Shown here: positions 46,687-56,134 of the stretch, piece by piece | How the letters are laid out: every line of letters begins with the position of its first letter | How positions within the stretch are numbered: the first letter of the stretch is position 1 | Source: an uncultured Methanomassiliicoccus sp. | GTDB lineage: Archaea > Thermoplasmatota > Thermoplasmata > Methanomassiliicoccales > UBA472 | DNA length: 64,000 nt | Assembly: GCA_964585915.1 (NCBI GenBank) | Contig: CAZPFU010000001.1 | Location: forward strand, 31,420-95,419 | Direction: 5' to 3' | Position numbers and translations under genes: made by a program | Notes under the pieces: model-generated | Told to the model about the DNA's origin: nothing | What the model saw: only the letters and a program-made list of their open reading frames with translations | Database searches by the model: none

Positions 46687-49600
46687 TTATTTTTTTCTCT
46701 TAACCCTCCATACTACGAGTCCAATTACAATACCGAGGATCACTATCACTATTATCGCGATGAGGATGAGATCAATCCCCACCTCGGGAACCTTCAGGCT
46801 GATCTCACCGCTTGGGTCACTGCTCGTATAGCAGTTATTGGCGACTATGTAATACCCATAAGACCCGCCGATCTCAATATCAAGGTCGTTATAGGCAGTG
46901 GAGTTGACCGTTGCTATCTTAATGAAATCGCCATCATTCGTCGACCGATAGATATCATATGAAGTTATCACCGAGCCCCCATCGTCATCGGGCGGCGACC
47001 AAGTGATCACGATCATCCCATCGACATAGGCCGCCTGAACGCTGCTTACTGTGCCCGGGCTGGTCACGGTTATCACTGTGAAATTGAAGTACCGTACGGT
47101 CTCCAAATTCCCAGCCTCGTCCATCGATCTATACCTAAGAACGTGTGACCCAGGTGATACTACCTCAAAATCCTCTGAGTAGTTTTGCCACACATCGTTA
47201 TCTAGGCTGTATAATATGGAATCGACCCCGCTGTTATCATCATGTGCTTGCAAGGTCAGCTTGAGCTGGTTTGCGTACACAACATCCTCGACAATCAAAC
47301 CATCGACTTCCAAATCTGTCGTAGGGGCAGCGCGATCCAATCCCCTGGATGCGTTGATCAATATAGTATTGCCAACGAGATCGCTCACCTGAAATTCTAG
47401 TAAATAGAAACCGTCCTCTGAGATAGAGAAGGGGTTCGAATAGATCATCCAATTTCCGCCGTTGAGACGATACTTTGCGCTCTCTACCCCCGCACCATCA
47501 TCAGAGCACACAAGCTCCACAACAAAGGTATCATTGTTCCAAATTCGGTCCCCACTGGAGAAATTCACCTCGCCCTCGGGGGCGGTGACATCGACCATTA
47601 TGATCTGATGTTGATGCAGACCCTCGTTCCCGGCATTATCGACGGCATAGTATTCCAGATCATATTCGCCGGTATCGTTGAAAAAGATCGTTCCATCGTA
47701 TTCCGTGAAATCACCAGGTCCAATACGATACCACAATGCACTGATCCCGCTCACGATGTCGACGGCAGACAGAGATGCCGCCACCGGCTCCTTATTCCAT
47801 CCTGAGTCGTTAAAAGAGTTGCTGAAAACCGCCACCGTTATAGGCATCGTTTCATCTATATTCACGGTGACGATCTCGGTCTGACCCTGGTTATTTGTGT
47901 TGTCTACAGAATAGAATTCCAGGGAATTGACACCGTCCTGGTCCAATGTCAAGGTGGTTGGAGATGCACCGATGGCCCATTGCCCGCTGTTCAATCGATA
48001 TCGGATCTCCTGGACACCGCTGCCAAGGTCTTCCCCACTTATGATTACGGTCACGGGAGTAACATACCATCCATTATCGCCCATGGTGCCATTGAGCGAT
48101 GCATTGGACGAAGGGGCGATCGTATCAACGATCACGACAGCGTCATCATTCTCCTTGTTCAACTCGAAATTCCCGGCTTGATCGACAGCGCATGATTTTA
48201 ATCCGTAGGTACCGTCCCCCCCGAGAACACTGGTGGCCAGTTGTATTGTTCCAGGTGCAAAAATGCCATCAGGGTGAGTAGCATCTTGATATGGTATGTA
48301 ATCAGTTGAACCGTCCGGCGCATAGAAGACGTATACGCCAGCGATTCCGCTTCCAACATCGAAAGCTGCGACCTGAACATCGAACGTTGAGGCGTTGGTC
48401 ATGGCAGGGGCGGTCAACAGGGAGACCGGGCGTCTGTATTCCGTTGCCCAGAGGGAGACATCATCGATATAGACACCTTCATACGGCCCTAGGCCAACGG
48501 TATTGTCGCTGTGGAAGGAAAATTCGAATGCCGTACTTCGGTTGTTCAATTGAACCGTCACTTCTTTCCAACCACCACTGTTCATCTGTGGCTGTGTCCA
48601 AATGGTATGCCATGAGGATGAATAGTACTCTCTCAAGACGAAATAATCATTGAAAGAGAGGGACCCCGTGACAGCCCAATAAGCGAACTCCATACTCATT
48701 TCATCATAAGCGGTGACATTGAGATCCAGGACCACATAGACATCAGCATCCATGCTCTCATCGTAATAATGGTTGACGGAGTTTAATTCCCCATTATGGC
48801 TATTCGATCCAGATTGAGCGCACCATGCGCTGTATCCCCCCGATAGTGAACGATAATCAGATAATCCCCAAGTATCCGTTCCTGCATCTGAATTCAAATC
48901 TCTGATGTACCAGCTTTGTTCCAGGATCCCGTCAAAATCTTCGTTGATTACCAGCGTACTGCTCCGCCAATTGGAGATGACGATTCCCGGAACGTCTACA
49001 CCGCCCCTCAAAGGGGCGGAAATATCTGAAGGATCCCCCTGAATATATCCCGCATCATACCGTTCTATCCTGAACTCCACGACGCTACCTGGGATGGTGC
49101 TACCATCAATTGATAGCGCGTAACTTCTTACCCCATTTTGAAATTCCGTGTCCAACTCGGTAATGTCCAGGCACATAAAATTGGGTAAAACATAATTAGC
49201 AACACCCCTCCAGAACGGCTCAATGGTGTTGTATATTCCTGATACAAACGAATACGCGCCGACCTGCACATCGCTATCTCGCGATGGGGAAGGTGTGAAT
49301 TCCCAAGCAGCGACCATCTTAGGTTGATAATCAACCTTATCGAGCAGGGTCAATGCCCCCAGGTGATTCCCGATCTCTTTGAAGGCCCCATAGGTCATCC
49401 AGAAATATCCATTATCACCCCATGCATCTCCCCAGGAATTCACGATCTTGAATGCACCGAGGTCTCCATCATCTGTTACGGTGTCATCATATCCTACGAT
49501 TGTCACCGCATGAGATGTGGTGGTCGAATCGTACTCCGCCGATGAAAGAATGAAGTTACCATCGGTAAAGGCGCTACCGGGATTACCATTGATAAAGGAA

Positions 49601-50433
49601 GAATCCATGGATATGCTTACGGGATGATTGGAGACCAGCATATCCTTGACAGTCTGTACCATGGTGCTCGCGTCATAGGGCATAATAACAAAATCATCGA
49701 TTCGATGCAAAGGCGCATCTCTCCAAGCCCCCTCTCCTCCCCAGTTCGTACTGTCCCCATTAACGAAAGGCATCTCGGCCCATGAGCTGACCCCAATATC
49801 CTTGGCGATCAATGCATTTTCTTCCTTATAGGAGCCGCTCTCATCCACCTTCACTTTATTGTATGTCCAGGATGGACTCATAAGGTGGGCATCATTGCCC
49901 GTGGAAGCATCCGTCCATCCGTTATCTACTGCTTCCAGATATCCATAGTTATAATAGATGACCGCGAAACCCGCACAAGCTCCCTCCTGCCCTTGGCTGC
50001 GAACCTGTGGGAAATATGGTTCTATTGAAAGATCAAATGATGTGGGCAGGTTTAGTGAAGAAGCAACAACCGGTTCGTAAATTAGGAACTTTCCTACAAG
50101 ACTTTCCAGATAATCAGCGTTGGGAACGAGGAGCCCAGTAGCATAAAGAGCACCAGGATAGTCTCCTGTTCTGTTAGTAATATTATCACCCTCTAACAAC
50201 TGTTGTTTCATCAATAGAATGTCAGAACTAGTTGCTAAGTGATAGTTGATCGGATCTAACACTGAATCGAGGTCATTTACCTGCATTTGGCCGTCTATGT
50301 CGTTTTCTTTCGAAGTAAGATCAGTTTGGTCATTCATGGAAAGGGTTGAGAGACCATTCGTGTCATTGTTCACTAGAGGTAAGGTTGTGAGAATTAGTGT
50401 GATCGCAAGTAGAAATGCGGTTATCATTTTCAT
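46687..50433 (-). CDS. Giant secreted, membrane-anchored papain-family (C1) cysteine protease with repeated Ig-like modules and an FN3 domain
   Basis: Signal peptide MKMITAFLLAITLILTTLPLV. Catalytic Cys QGQEGACAGFAV, His HAVTIVGYDD, Asn/Trp KIVNSWGDAWGDNGYFWMTY. Five repeats carry D.GSG(V/I)....Y(R/S)L..G.W...VDNAGN-type motifs. FN3 segment ITWSPPDDDGGSVITSYDIYRS. C-terminal TM plus RVKRKK. Confidence 0.8.
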   Translation of the reverse strand: MKMITAFLLAITLILTTLPLVNNDTNGLSTLSMNDQTDLTSKENDIDGQMQVNDLDSVLDPINYHLATSSDILLMKQQLLEGDNITNRTGDYPGALYATGLLVPNADYLESLVGKFLIYEPVVASSLNLPTSFDLSIEPYFPQVRSQGQEGACAGFAVIYYNYGYLEAVDNGWTDASTGNDAHLMSPSWTYNKVKVDESGSYKEENALIAKDIGVSSWAEMPFVNGDSTNWGGEGAWRDAPLHRIDDFVIMPYDASTMVQTVKDMLVSNHPVSISMDSSFINGNPGSAFTDGNFILSSAEYDSTTTSHAVTIVGYDDTVTDDGDLGAFKIVNSWGDAWGDNGYFWMTYGAFKEIGNHLGALTLLDKVDYQPKMVAAWEFTPSPSRDSDVQVGAYSFVSGIYNTIEPFWRGVANYVLPNFMCLDITELDTEFQNGVRSYALSIDGSTIPGSVVEFRIERYDAGYIQGDPSDISAPLRGGVDVPGIVISNWRSSTLVINEDFDGILEQSWYIRDLNSDAGTDTWGLSDYRSLSGGYSAWCAQSGSNSHNGELNSVNHYYDESMDADVYVVLDLNVTAYDEMSMEFAYWAVTGSLSFNDYFVLREYYSSSWHTIWTQPQMNSGGWKEVTVQLNNRSTAFEFSFHSDNTVGLGPYEGVYIDDVSLWATEYRRPVSLLTAPAMTNASTFDVQVAAFDVGSGIAGVYVFYAPDGSTDYIPYQDATHPDGIFAPGTIQLATSVLGGDGTYGLKSCAVDQAGNFELNKENDDAVVIVDTIAPSSNASLNGTMGDNGWYVTPVTVIISGEDLGSGVQEIRYRLNSGQWAIGASPTTLTLDQDGVNSLEFYSVDNTNNQGQTEIVTVNIDETMPITVAVFSNSFNDSGWNKEPVAASLSAVDIVSGISALWYRIGPGDFTEYDGTIFFNDTGEYDLEYYAVDNAGNEGLHQHQIIMVDVTAPEGEVNFSSGDRIWNNDTFVVELVCSDDGAGVESAKYRLNGGNWMIYSNPFSISEDGFYLLEFQVSDLVGNTILINASRGLDRAAPTTDLEVDGLIVEDVVYANQLKLTLQAHDDNSGVDSILYSLDNDVWQNYSEDFEVVSPGSHVLRYRSMDEAGNLETVRYFNFTVITVTSPGTVSSVQAAYVDGMIVITWSPPDDDGGSVITSYDIYRSTNDGDFIKIATVNSTAYNDLDIEIGGSYGYYIVANNCYTSSDPSGEISLKVPEVGIDLILIAIIVIVILGIVIGLVVWRVKRKK

Positions 50434-50752
50434 GATATCATCAAAATAATTAATGAAATCCCATATAAGGATTGTGATAGTTTTATAATAATATGAAATT
50501 TGAATTGCACATTTTCATATTTATAACTCTCTGGTAATAATTGAATGATGAAATGCCCACTTGATCTATTAATCTTCGACTAACATCAAGTTGGGAATGA
50601 CCGGGCTGTACAACCCAATTCTTATTTTTTAATGGGAATCAGATTTAATATGATCGTTTTGTCGTCAAATTGAATATTATTCGAAATCGGGATTTATTTA
50701 TTAATCTCGATGAATAATTGAACTGGGCAAAATTAAATAAACATCCTTAGTC

Positions 50753-50785
50753 GAAAAATGAAAAATGCTGGTCATTATTGACCAG
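50753..50785 (-). terminator. Hairpin plus oligo-T terminator of the 64-aa gene
   Basis: The minus strand reads CTGGTCA-ATAA-TGACCAG followed by CATTTTTCATTTTTC. It lies about 25 nt downstream of the stop at 50809. Confidence 0.5.
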
Positions 50786-50808
50786 ACGTTTTCGATTGGA
50801 ACGTATCT

Positions 50809-51003
50809 TTACTCGTCCCCCCCAGTAGTAGGATCCTCAGAGTCATTATCCTGTTCTTCATCCTCCTCTGACCCTTCAATTTCTGTTTGATATTCAAGGA
50901 GGATATGGATAACATACTCCTGTAAGGTCGCGCCCTTAGCCTCGGCCTCTTCCTTTAGCCAATCCAGCATGGGGGGCCTGATCTCGATGTATTCTGTTGA
51001 CAC
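50809..51003 (-). CDS. Small acidic protein, possibly RHH/antitoxin-like
   Basis: 64 aa. LDWLKEEAEAKGATLQEYVIHILLEY is followed by an Asp/Glu-rich tail. Confidence 0.4.
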   Translation of the reverse strand: MSTEYIEIRPPMLDWLKEEAEAKGATLQEYVIHILLEYQTEIEGSEEDEEQDNDSEDPTTGGDE

Positions 51004-51168
51004 GTGTTCACCTCCTTTTTGTTTACCCCGATTAATAGCGGGGGCATAGGGTCATATGGGGATGACGGGTTATAATGGTTTCTTCGGGCTATTATATCAG
51101 ACAGGGAATAGCGGATGGAACGGAGAGATTAAGTATGCCTAGACCCATATGTACTTAAAAGGTGGAAC

Positions 51169-51321
51169 ATGAGGCTCCTGGGAACGGTAGAAGTGATGAC
51201 CAACAAGAGGGTCACTATTCCAAACAAATTGCTAGACGTCCTGAAAGCAACGGAAGGAGATTTTCTATTGTTCTATGAGGACGACGACGGCAAGATCGTC
51301 GTCAAGATGGAGAAAGGATAA
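51169..51321 (+). CDS. AbrB/SpoVT (MazE-like) family small DNA-binding protein
   Basis: 50-aa ORF below the ORF-track cutoff: MRLLGTVEVMTNKRVTIPNKLLDVLKATEGDFLLFYEDDDGKIVVKMEKG. AAGGTGG lies upstream. It is a paralog of the gene at 53906-54082. Confidence 0.55.
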   Translation: MRLLGTVEVMTNKRVTIPNKLLDVLKATEGDFLLFYEDDDGKIVVKMEKG

Positions 51322-51419
51322 TTTACTAAACCTGTATTGAATGATGTGAGGCGCCCCCGAAATACCACCTTACCGCTGATCTGATCCCTCATCTTTACAG
51401 GACAAAATATGCGCCCATC

Positions 51420-52013
51420 TCACATTTTAAAATAATTTGTAGGCTCCATTCGAATATATGGTAGTACCACCGGTTTGAAATTATCAGGGCGAACCTCCAC
51501 CGTTCTATCATTTTTAGAATCGCTGCAGAACAATAATAAAAGGTCTATGACGCTCTTTCCGTGCATGTTGTGTAATATGAACTGCAGGTTCTTCGTCAGT
51601 TCGGATCCTTCTGGCGGGATGGTCTTTCCAGAGAATTCGTTTGAAAATTCTCCTCCCATTTTCTGCATCAGTTCCTGCCAAGGAACGCTTGGATTCCAGT
51701 GATCCATGTACCATCTGAATATCTTATGCCTATTAATCTGAGATTCTGTCAGATTGACACCTGTGGATGTGACCTCAGAAGACATATCCCATTTACTTTC
51801 CAAAAGGTACGCTGTAGTTTCGGTGATTATTATTGCATCGAATTCACCGAATAATGCCTTGCTTTTTCCACCGCGCCCAAAGCTGGGGCGATAGAACACC
51901 ATGCACCCATCCAAATCTGAAGTGTCATTGAATTTGGCAAGTATCTTATCAAGATCTTTGGTCAATGCCTTGTAAGTCAGCGCATCCTCACCATAACCAA
52001 TTATTTCACTCAT
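51420..52013 (-). CDS. Hypothetical protein with a PD-(D/E)xK nuclease-like motif
   Basis: 197 aa. FGEFDAIIITETTAYLLESKWD fits the D-x(n)-E-x-K pattern. No family recognised. Confidence 0.45.
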   Translation of the reverse strand: MSEIIGYGEDALTYKALTKDLDKILAKFNDTSDLDGCMVFYRPSFGRGGKSKALFGEFDAIIITETTAYLLESKWDMSSEVTSTGVNLTESQINRHKIFRWYMDHWNPSVPWQELMQKMGGEFSNEFSGKTIPPEGSELTKNLQFILHNMHGKSVIDLLLLFCSDSKNDRTVEVRPDNFKPVVLPYIRMEPTNYFKM

Positions 52014-52112
52014 GCCTATTCCAATGTTTCGTCCACATAATCAAGTTGATGAGGAAGGGATATCGATTATCGAAAAGAAACGATTGCCATTTATTACAAT
52101 TATAATTTATTA

Positions 52113-52424
52113 TTATATTTGGATGTTACCAATGAGCTTACAGCTCTCGATCAACCTGTATGGAATGGCTTCGACCCAAACCCCGTCCGAATCCTTGTCA
52201 CCTATCTCAGATGCAATGAAGAGATAGTTATCGCCCCTACGCACAATCGCTCCCCAGCAAACGGTCGGTTCCGGTTCATCGAGCTCGTCGATCTCGCTCA
52301 TCTCAATCCTTTCATATGCGTGAACGTCGCACCACCGGATCTCAACGACATCTCCTACCTTCGCTTTCTCTCGGTCGAAAACTACATCGTCATCGTGAGC
52401 TTTTCTAGACTTCTTTTTACCCAT
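52113..52424 (-). CDS. Small conserved hypothetical protein (intact paralog of the pseudogene at 33399-33709)
   Basis: 103 aa. See the pseudogene entry for the alignment. Confidence 0.6.
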   Translation of the reverse strand: MGKKKSRKAHDDDVVFDREKAKVGDVVEIRWCDVHAYERIEMSEIDELDEPEPTVCWGAIVRRGDNYLFIASEIGDKDSDGVWVEAIPYRLIESCKLIGNIQI

Positions 52425-52543
52425 CTATATCGACCCCAAATCCAAATGTGGATAACGTAGCGCGTGATCGGCAGTTGGATTCAATCATTACTATCTTGTT
52501 CTGATTATTAATAACTTGACCCTGAAAAATCGTATGCCAGCAC

Positions 52544-52559
52544 TTCGCTCATATGAGTG
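52544..52559 (+). repeat. 16-nt repeat TTCGCTCATATGAGTG, copy 1
   Basis: An exact copy lies at 63431-63446. The core CTCATATGAG is palindromic. Both copies are intergenic. Confidence 0.4.
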
Positions 52560-52642
52560 AAAAATGCCATTAATTAATGGTTAAAACGAGTGATATTTAT
52601 GTACGATACGAATCATTATATTTCATTAACAGGCGAAATGAT

Positions 52643-53266
52643 ATGAACGAGATCGCCGGGTTTGACCGTTCGAGAAGGTCGGGAGAGGATGCCCTATGCT
52701 GCGCCATGCGCCGTGGATACCTGAAACTGCATACCACAGGAAGGGAGGTAAAAGCATTGAGAACGGGCGATTCTGTGACGATTACCATGACCTCGTGGCC
52801 GTTCTACATATGGATGGAGGCCAGAAAGGATGATGTCCTGGTGGATGAAGAAGCGCATCTTATTCGTCAGAATTTCACGTTGCTGATCAAAACGGTCAAT
52901 GAAAATGGGAAGATGGCTCTCGAGAACATACCTTTTACAAATTGCCCCAGATGCGATAAGCGATATTCTGGGAAATTGTGTATCTTTCACGCCATCCCGC
53001 CTTGGGAATTCGTCAGGTGCTTCTGTTTGGCTCACCCGGATTTAAGGAATCGCAATTGTTGGGACCGTCATGACCCTGGAAGGTCAGAATGCCCCATGAA
53101 CTGCCCGCATTGGGATTTGATCAAGGGTGAGATGAGAATAGCTTCACCAGCGGGAGGACGTAGCCTTACAGCGGAAAAATGCGTACTTAAGGCGCCTAGT
53201 GATGTGTCGGCCCATTCCTGCACAACCGAGATGGTGTTCCGTCACCTCGTTCCTTTTTCGAAATGA
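52643..53266 (+). CDS. Cys/His-rich hypothetical protein
   Basis: ORF with CPRCDKRY...CIFH...CFCLAH...CPMNCPHW. The start is uncertain (ATG at 52577 or 52643). Confidence 0.45.
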   Translation: MNEIAGFDRSRRSGEDALCCAMRRGYLKLHTTGREVKALRTGDSVTITMTSWPFYIWMEARKDDVLVDEEAHLIRQNFTLLIKTVNENGKMALENIPFTNCPRCDKRYSGKLCIFHAIPPWEFVRCFCLAHPDLRNRNCWDRHDPGRSECPMNCPHWDLIKGEMRIASPAGGRSLTAEKCVLKAPSDVSAHSCTTEMVFRHLVPFSK

Positions 53267-53395
53267 CGCGAGATTAATAGAAAGCCGGATCATTCGCGCT
53301 GCCGAGCCGGAGCGATAACTCTCTCCCGGTCGTGGATTATTCTCTCAACGACCTCGATGCCCCGCGAGAACTTCTTGAAAATGGACGGAAAAGGT

Positions 53396-53803
53396 TTAGA
53401 AATATACTCCGCACATGTCCTCGGTCACTGTCGTTCCATAAGGTGTATCCACGACGATTGTCACGGTCGTCGATTCGCCTGGAGCCAAGATGACCATCTG
53501 TGTGTTCTCATACGAGTCGACACCGATGTTGACGTAGCAATATAGCGCTTCAGAACCGGATGCACTACCTTCGTTCGATACTTGAACGGTGAACGTAGTC
53601 GGTCCTAATACGGATTGATCAATGATAAATGACCCCACCTCCAGATCTGCGCTTTCGCTTTCGCCATTTCCCTGCATCATCAACAGTAAGATTGCCGCGA
53701 TCACCAACACGATCGCGACTCCGGCGATTATGAGCATCGTTTTCCTCTTCTTACCCGCACCTGGTGGCGCTGCAGCAGTGTCGACATTGTTCTTCTCTGG
53801 CAT
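53396..53803 (-). CDS. Membrane-anchored protein with a CARDB-like beta-sandwich domain
   Basis: N-terminal anchor MLIIAGVAIVLVIAAILLLM, then FTVQVSNEGSASGSEALYCYV...APGESTTVTIVVDTP. Confidence 0.5.
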   Translation of the reverse strand: MPEKNNVDTAAAPPGAGKKRKTMLIIAGVAIVLVIAAILLLMMQGNGESESADLEVGSFIIDQSVLGPTTFTVQVSNEGSASGSEALYCYVNIGVDSYENTQMVILAPGESTTVTIVVDTPYGTTVTEDMCGVYF

Positions 53804-53905
53804 GATAGACCTTCAGGAATGCAGACACTTGGAACCATATAATACTTCCTTACTTCCGTGATTCCTTGGCTTCCTATAAATTTACATTAAGGATACTAAT
53901 TGATT

Positions 53906-54082
53906 ATGCCAAAGGAGCGAGTTGGCGAGTCACGGGTCACCACCAAGGGTCAGATTACCTTGCCCAAGGACGTCAGGGAGGTCCTCAACGCGGAGGAGGG
54001 TGATTACATCATATTCTTCAAGGAGGAGGGCAGGGTCTATATCGAGGCGGGCTCGTTGATGACTAAAACCAGGGGTAAGTGA
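53906..54082 (+). CDS. AbrB/SpoVT (MazE-like) family small DNA-binding protein
   Basis: VTTKGQITLPKDVREVLNAEEGDYIIFFKEEGRVYIE is the classical SpoVT/AbrB loop-hinge-helix pattern. No toxin gene follows it. Confidence 0.65.
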   Translation: MPKERVGESRVTTKGQITLPKDVREVLNAEEGDYIIFFKEEGRVYIEAGSLMTKTRGK

Positions 54083-54293
54083 TCACTCAGTGCATGGGTT
54101 ATCGTTGGTAATCAAATAATCGTCGTCGCTACTATGCGAGAATACCATCGATGTTCTCAATTGTGATTGAATTACTCATTGTCGCGGGTTACTGTTTAAG
54201 ATAAGAACAACATACCCGATAAATAACTCTCAATTCGTTTTTCCTGTCGACTGTTAATCTTTAGTGCACAACCATTCGATTCGAAAATGATGG

Positions 54294-55457
54294 TCATGAG
54301 GTCAAATTAACATTTCTGAAATCTTCGATATCGTGTATGTATTCTGCCATCTCGTGCGATTTGATTCTTCGGTTCATTTTCACGTATTCGAGCTGGGAAG
54401 ATACTGCATCGTGTAGCTGGGAAGCCTTTCTAATTGCAGAATCATCGACCAATCCTAGGTCATTATAGCAATGGTTTGACAAGATCTGGCTTTGCGACAT
54501 CCCCTTACAGACCTTACAATTGCATTCGACATTATGGGCTGGCAGGGATCGCCATAGCTTAGAAGTGAGCATTGCTCCACCAGGATGACATGCCCAGGAA
54601 TAGTCATTTACCTGATCGAAGGAAGATGGATGAGGTTTATTCATCTGTTGTATAATCCATGCAGGATTGGCAGTTTTTGTCAGAGGAGTTATTGTATCAA
54701 TTCCATAACGCTGGAGCGTTATCGATGGTGTCTCGTTAATACCGGGGCTTACCTCTTTTTTACTCCGAGGAACACTAGAACAGTTCAGGATGGCCGGGAT
54801 ATCCCTGTTTTTCCACAGTTCTAAGTACTGATGAGGATGAGTGTCGGGATCCGCATATACCAAATTAATAATCTGTATAGAGCCTGTTTCGGCTAGACTT
54901 GATAGCATCTTAAGCTTATCCTTAAAGACCCTAACATCATCCGCTAAGGTTAGCTGAGGTATTACGCCCTTGCCAATTCCCTCCACTATGCCAAGTGAGT
55001 ATGCAATCGTCTTTTCCATAACAGATGGATTATTGGTCTGAAGTGGCGGCATAGAAACATAGTTAAGAGTCTTCACTCCTCGTTGCATCTCCAAGAACAG
55101 CTTGATTCTGGACAAATCTTGAACTGGTTGTCCAGGGACGTCGAGGATGGCGAAGTTCTCGAAACAACATGATAAATCGGCCATGCTCGTTAATCTGCGT
55201 CTGGCGTTGATCACTGAATCGTTCGTACCTAGGAATTTTTGAAGTCTCTGTCCACGAAGATCCAACTGAATGGCGCCCAAATTGCCATCGAGGGTGCCTC
55301 TGAAACCGAGATATTGCTTTGCACCGAATTCAACCGCCGAAAATGGCCGCGTCGGTGTCTCAAAGCTTGGCTTTGAACTTAGGCGTACAGAGAGAGTTCG
55401 ACCCCCCAACCCTGAGATTGTCTCATCCACACTGCCGACCTTGACCGAAGTAATCAC
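54294..55457 (-). CDS. Hypothetical protein with a C-terminal CxCxxC...H zinc signature (TGT/DpdA-like?)
   Basis: 387 aa. VECNCKVCKG...QLHDAVSSQLEYVKMNRRIKSHEMAEYI (54411-54524) is arranged like the zinc site and terminal helices of tRNA-guanine transglycosylase-fold enzymes. The start overlaps the upstream stop by 4 nt. Confidence 0.35.
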   Translation of the reverse strand: MITSVKVGSVDETISGLGGRTLSVRLSSKPSFETPTRPFSAVEFGAKQYLGFRGTLDGNLGAIQLDLRGQRLQKFLGTNDSVINARRRLTSMADLSCCFENFAILDVPGQPVQDLSRIKLFLEMQRGVKTLNYVSMPPLQTNNPSVMEKTIAYSLGIVEGIGKGVIPQLTLADDVRVFKDKLKMLSSLAETGSIQIINLVYADPDTHPHQYLELWKNRDIPAILNCSSVPRSKKEVSPGINETPSITLQRYGIDTITPLTKTANPAWIIQQMNKPHPSSFDQVNDYSWACHPGGAMLTSKLWRSLPAHNVECNCKVCKGMSQSQILSNHCYNDLGLVDDSAIRKASQLHDAVSSQLEYVKMNRRIKSHEMAEYIHDIEDFRNVNLTS

Positions 55458-56134
55458 TGCTCTTCCACCCTGATTTCATCGGTTTTAGTACGGCTGGTAA
55501 CTCTTCTTCTGTGTAGAACGCGTTCGAAAACAACGGATTCTTTGGCATAATCTGGGTATTTTTTATAGACGTATTTCATCAATCCTTTCGCGCCAAGCTG
55601 ATGCCAATCCAGTCTTGCCTTTTGATATTCATGTTTTTGAACCTGACTAAGTTTATTGAAAGAGCCTGCAGCTAAATCGACACCTTCTTTAGTTAATTCG
55701 AAATATTCCCCAGATGCCCCCTTCCTGCCCTCAGCGATGATGACTCCAGCGTCTTCAAAACCAATAATCACATCCTCGATTCTCTCAGAATACGGACCGA
55801 ACTTATAGGCTTTGAAACCAGGGTTTTCTGTAGGAATATTATGATCTGGAGCAAACTCGATGAATGTTAGGAACAACATCTTCTCGAAACAGGTTATTCC
55901 TACGACAGGCATCGGCTGGGCATACATCAATGCTAAAACCCAATCATGGACGAACATGAACTGATGTTTCTCTGAGTAATCCCATAGCTTTTGAAGCTCA
56001 CGCATTGGATAGATCACATATCCACAGACCTTGCATTGCAAGTAGTTGTACTCTATGCCATCTACCTTGCGATCAACACGCTCGTAATCGTGTTCGGCAT
56101 GCTCGATCTTGTGTTTTCTGGATTGCGCACTCAT
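55454..56134 (-). CDS. Panacea (DUF4065, SocA/GepA)-like protein with an N-terminal Zn-ribbon-like CxxC
   Basis: 226 aa. CKVCGYV, then FEKMLFLTFIEF...FKAYKFGPYSERIEDVI, which resembles the Panacea signature (KL.KLLY...AW..GPV....Y). Confidence 0.45.
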   Translation of the reverse strand: MSAQSRKHKIEHAEHDYERVDRKVDGIEYNYLQCKVCGYVIYPMRELQKLWDYSEKHQFMFVHDWVLALMYAQPMPVVGITCFEKMLFLTFIEFAPDHNIPTENPGFKAYKFGPYSERIEDVIIGFEDAGVIIAEGRKGASGEYFELTKEGVDLAAGSFNKLSQVQKHEYQKARLDWHQLGAKGLMKYVYKKYPDYAKESVVFERVLHRRRVTSRTKTDEIRVEEQ

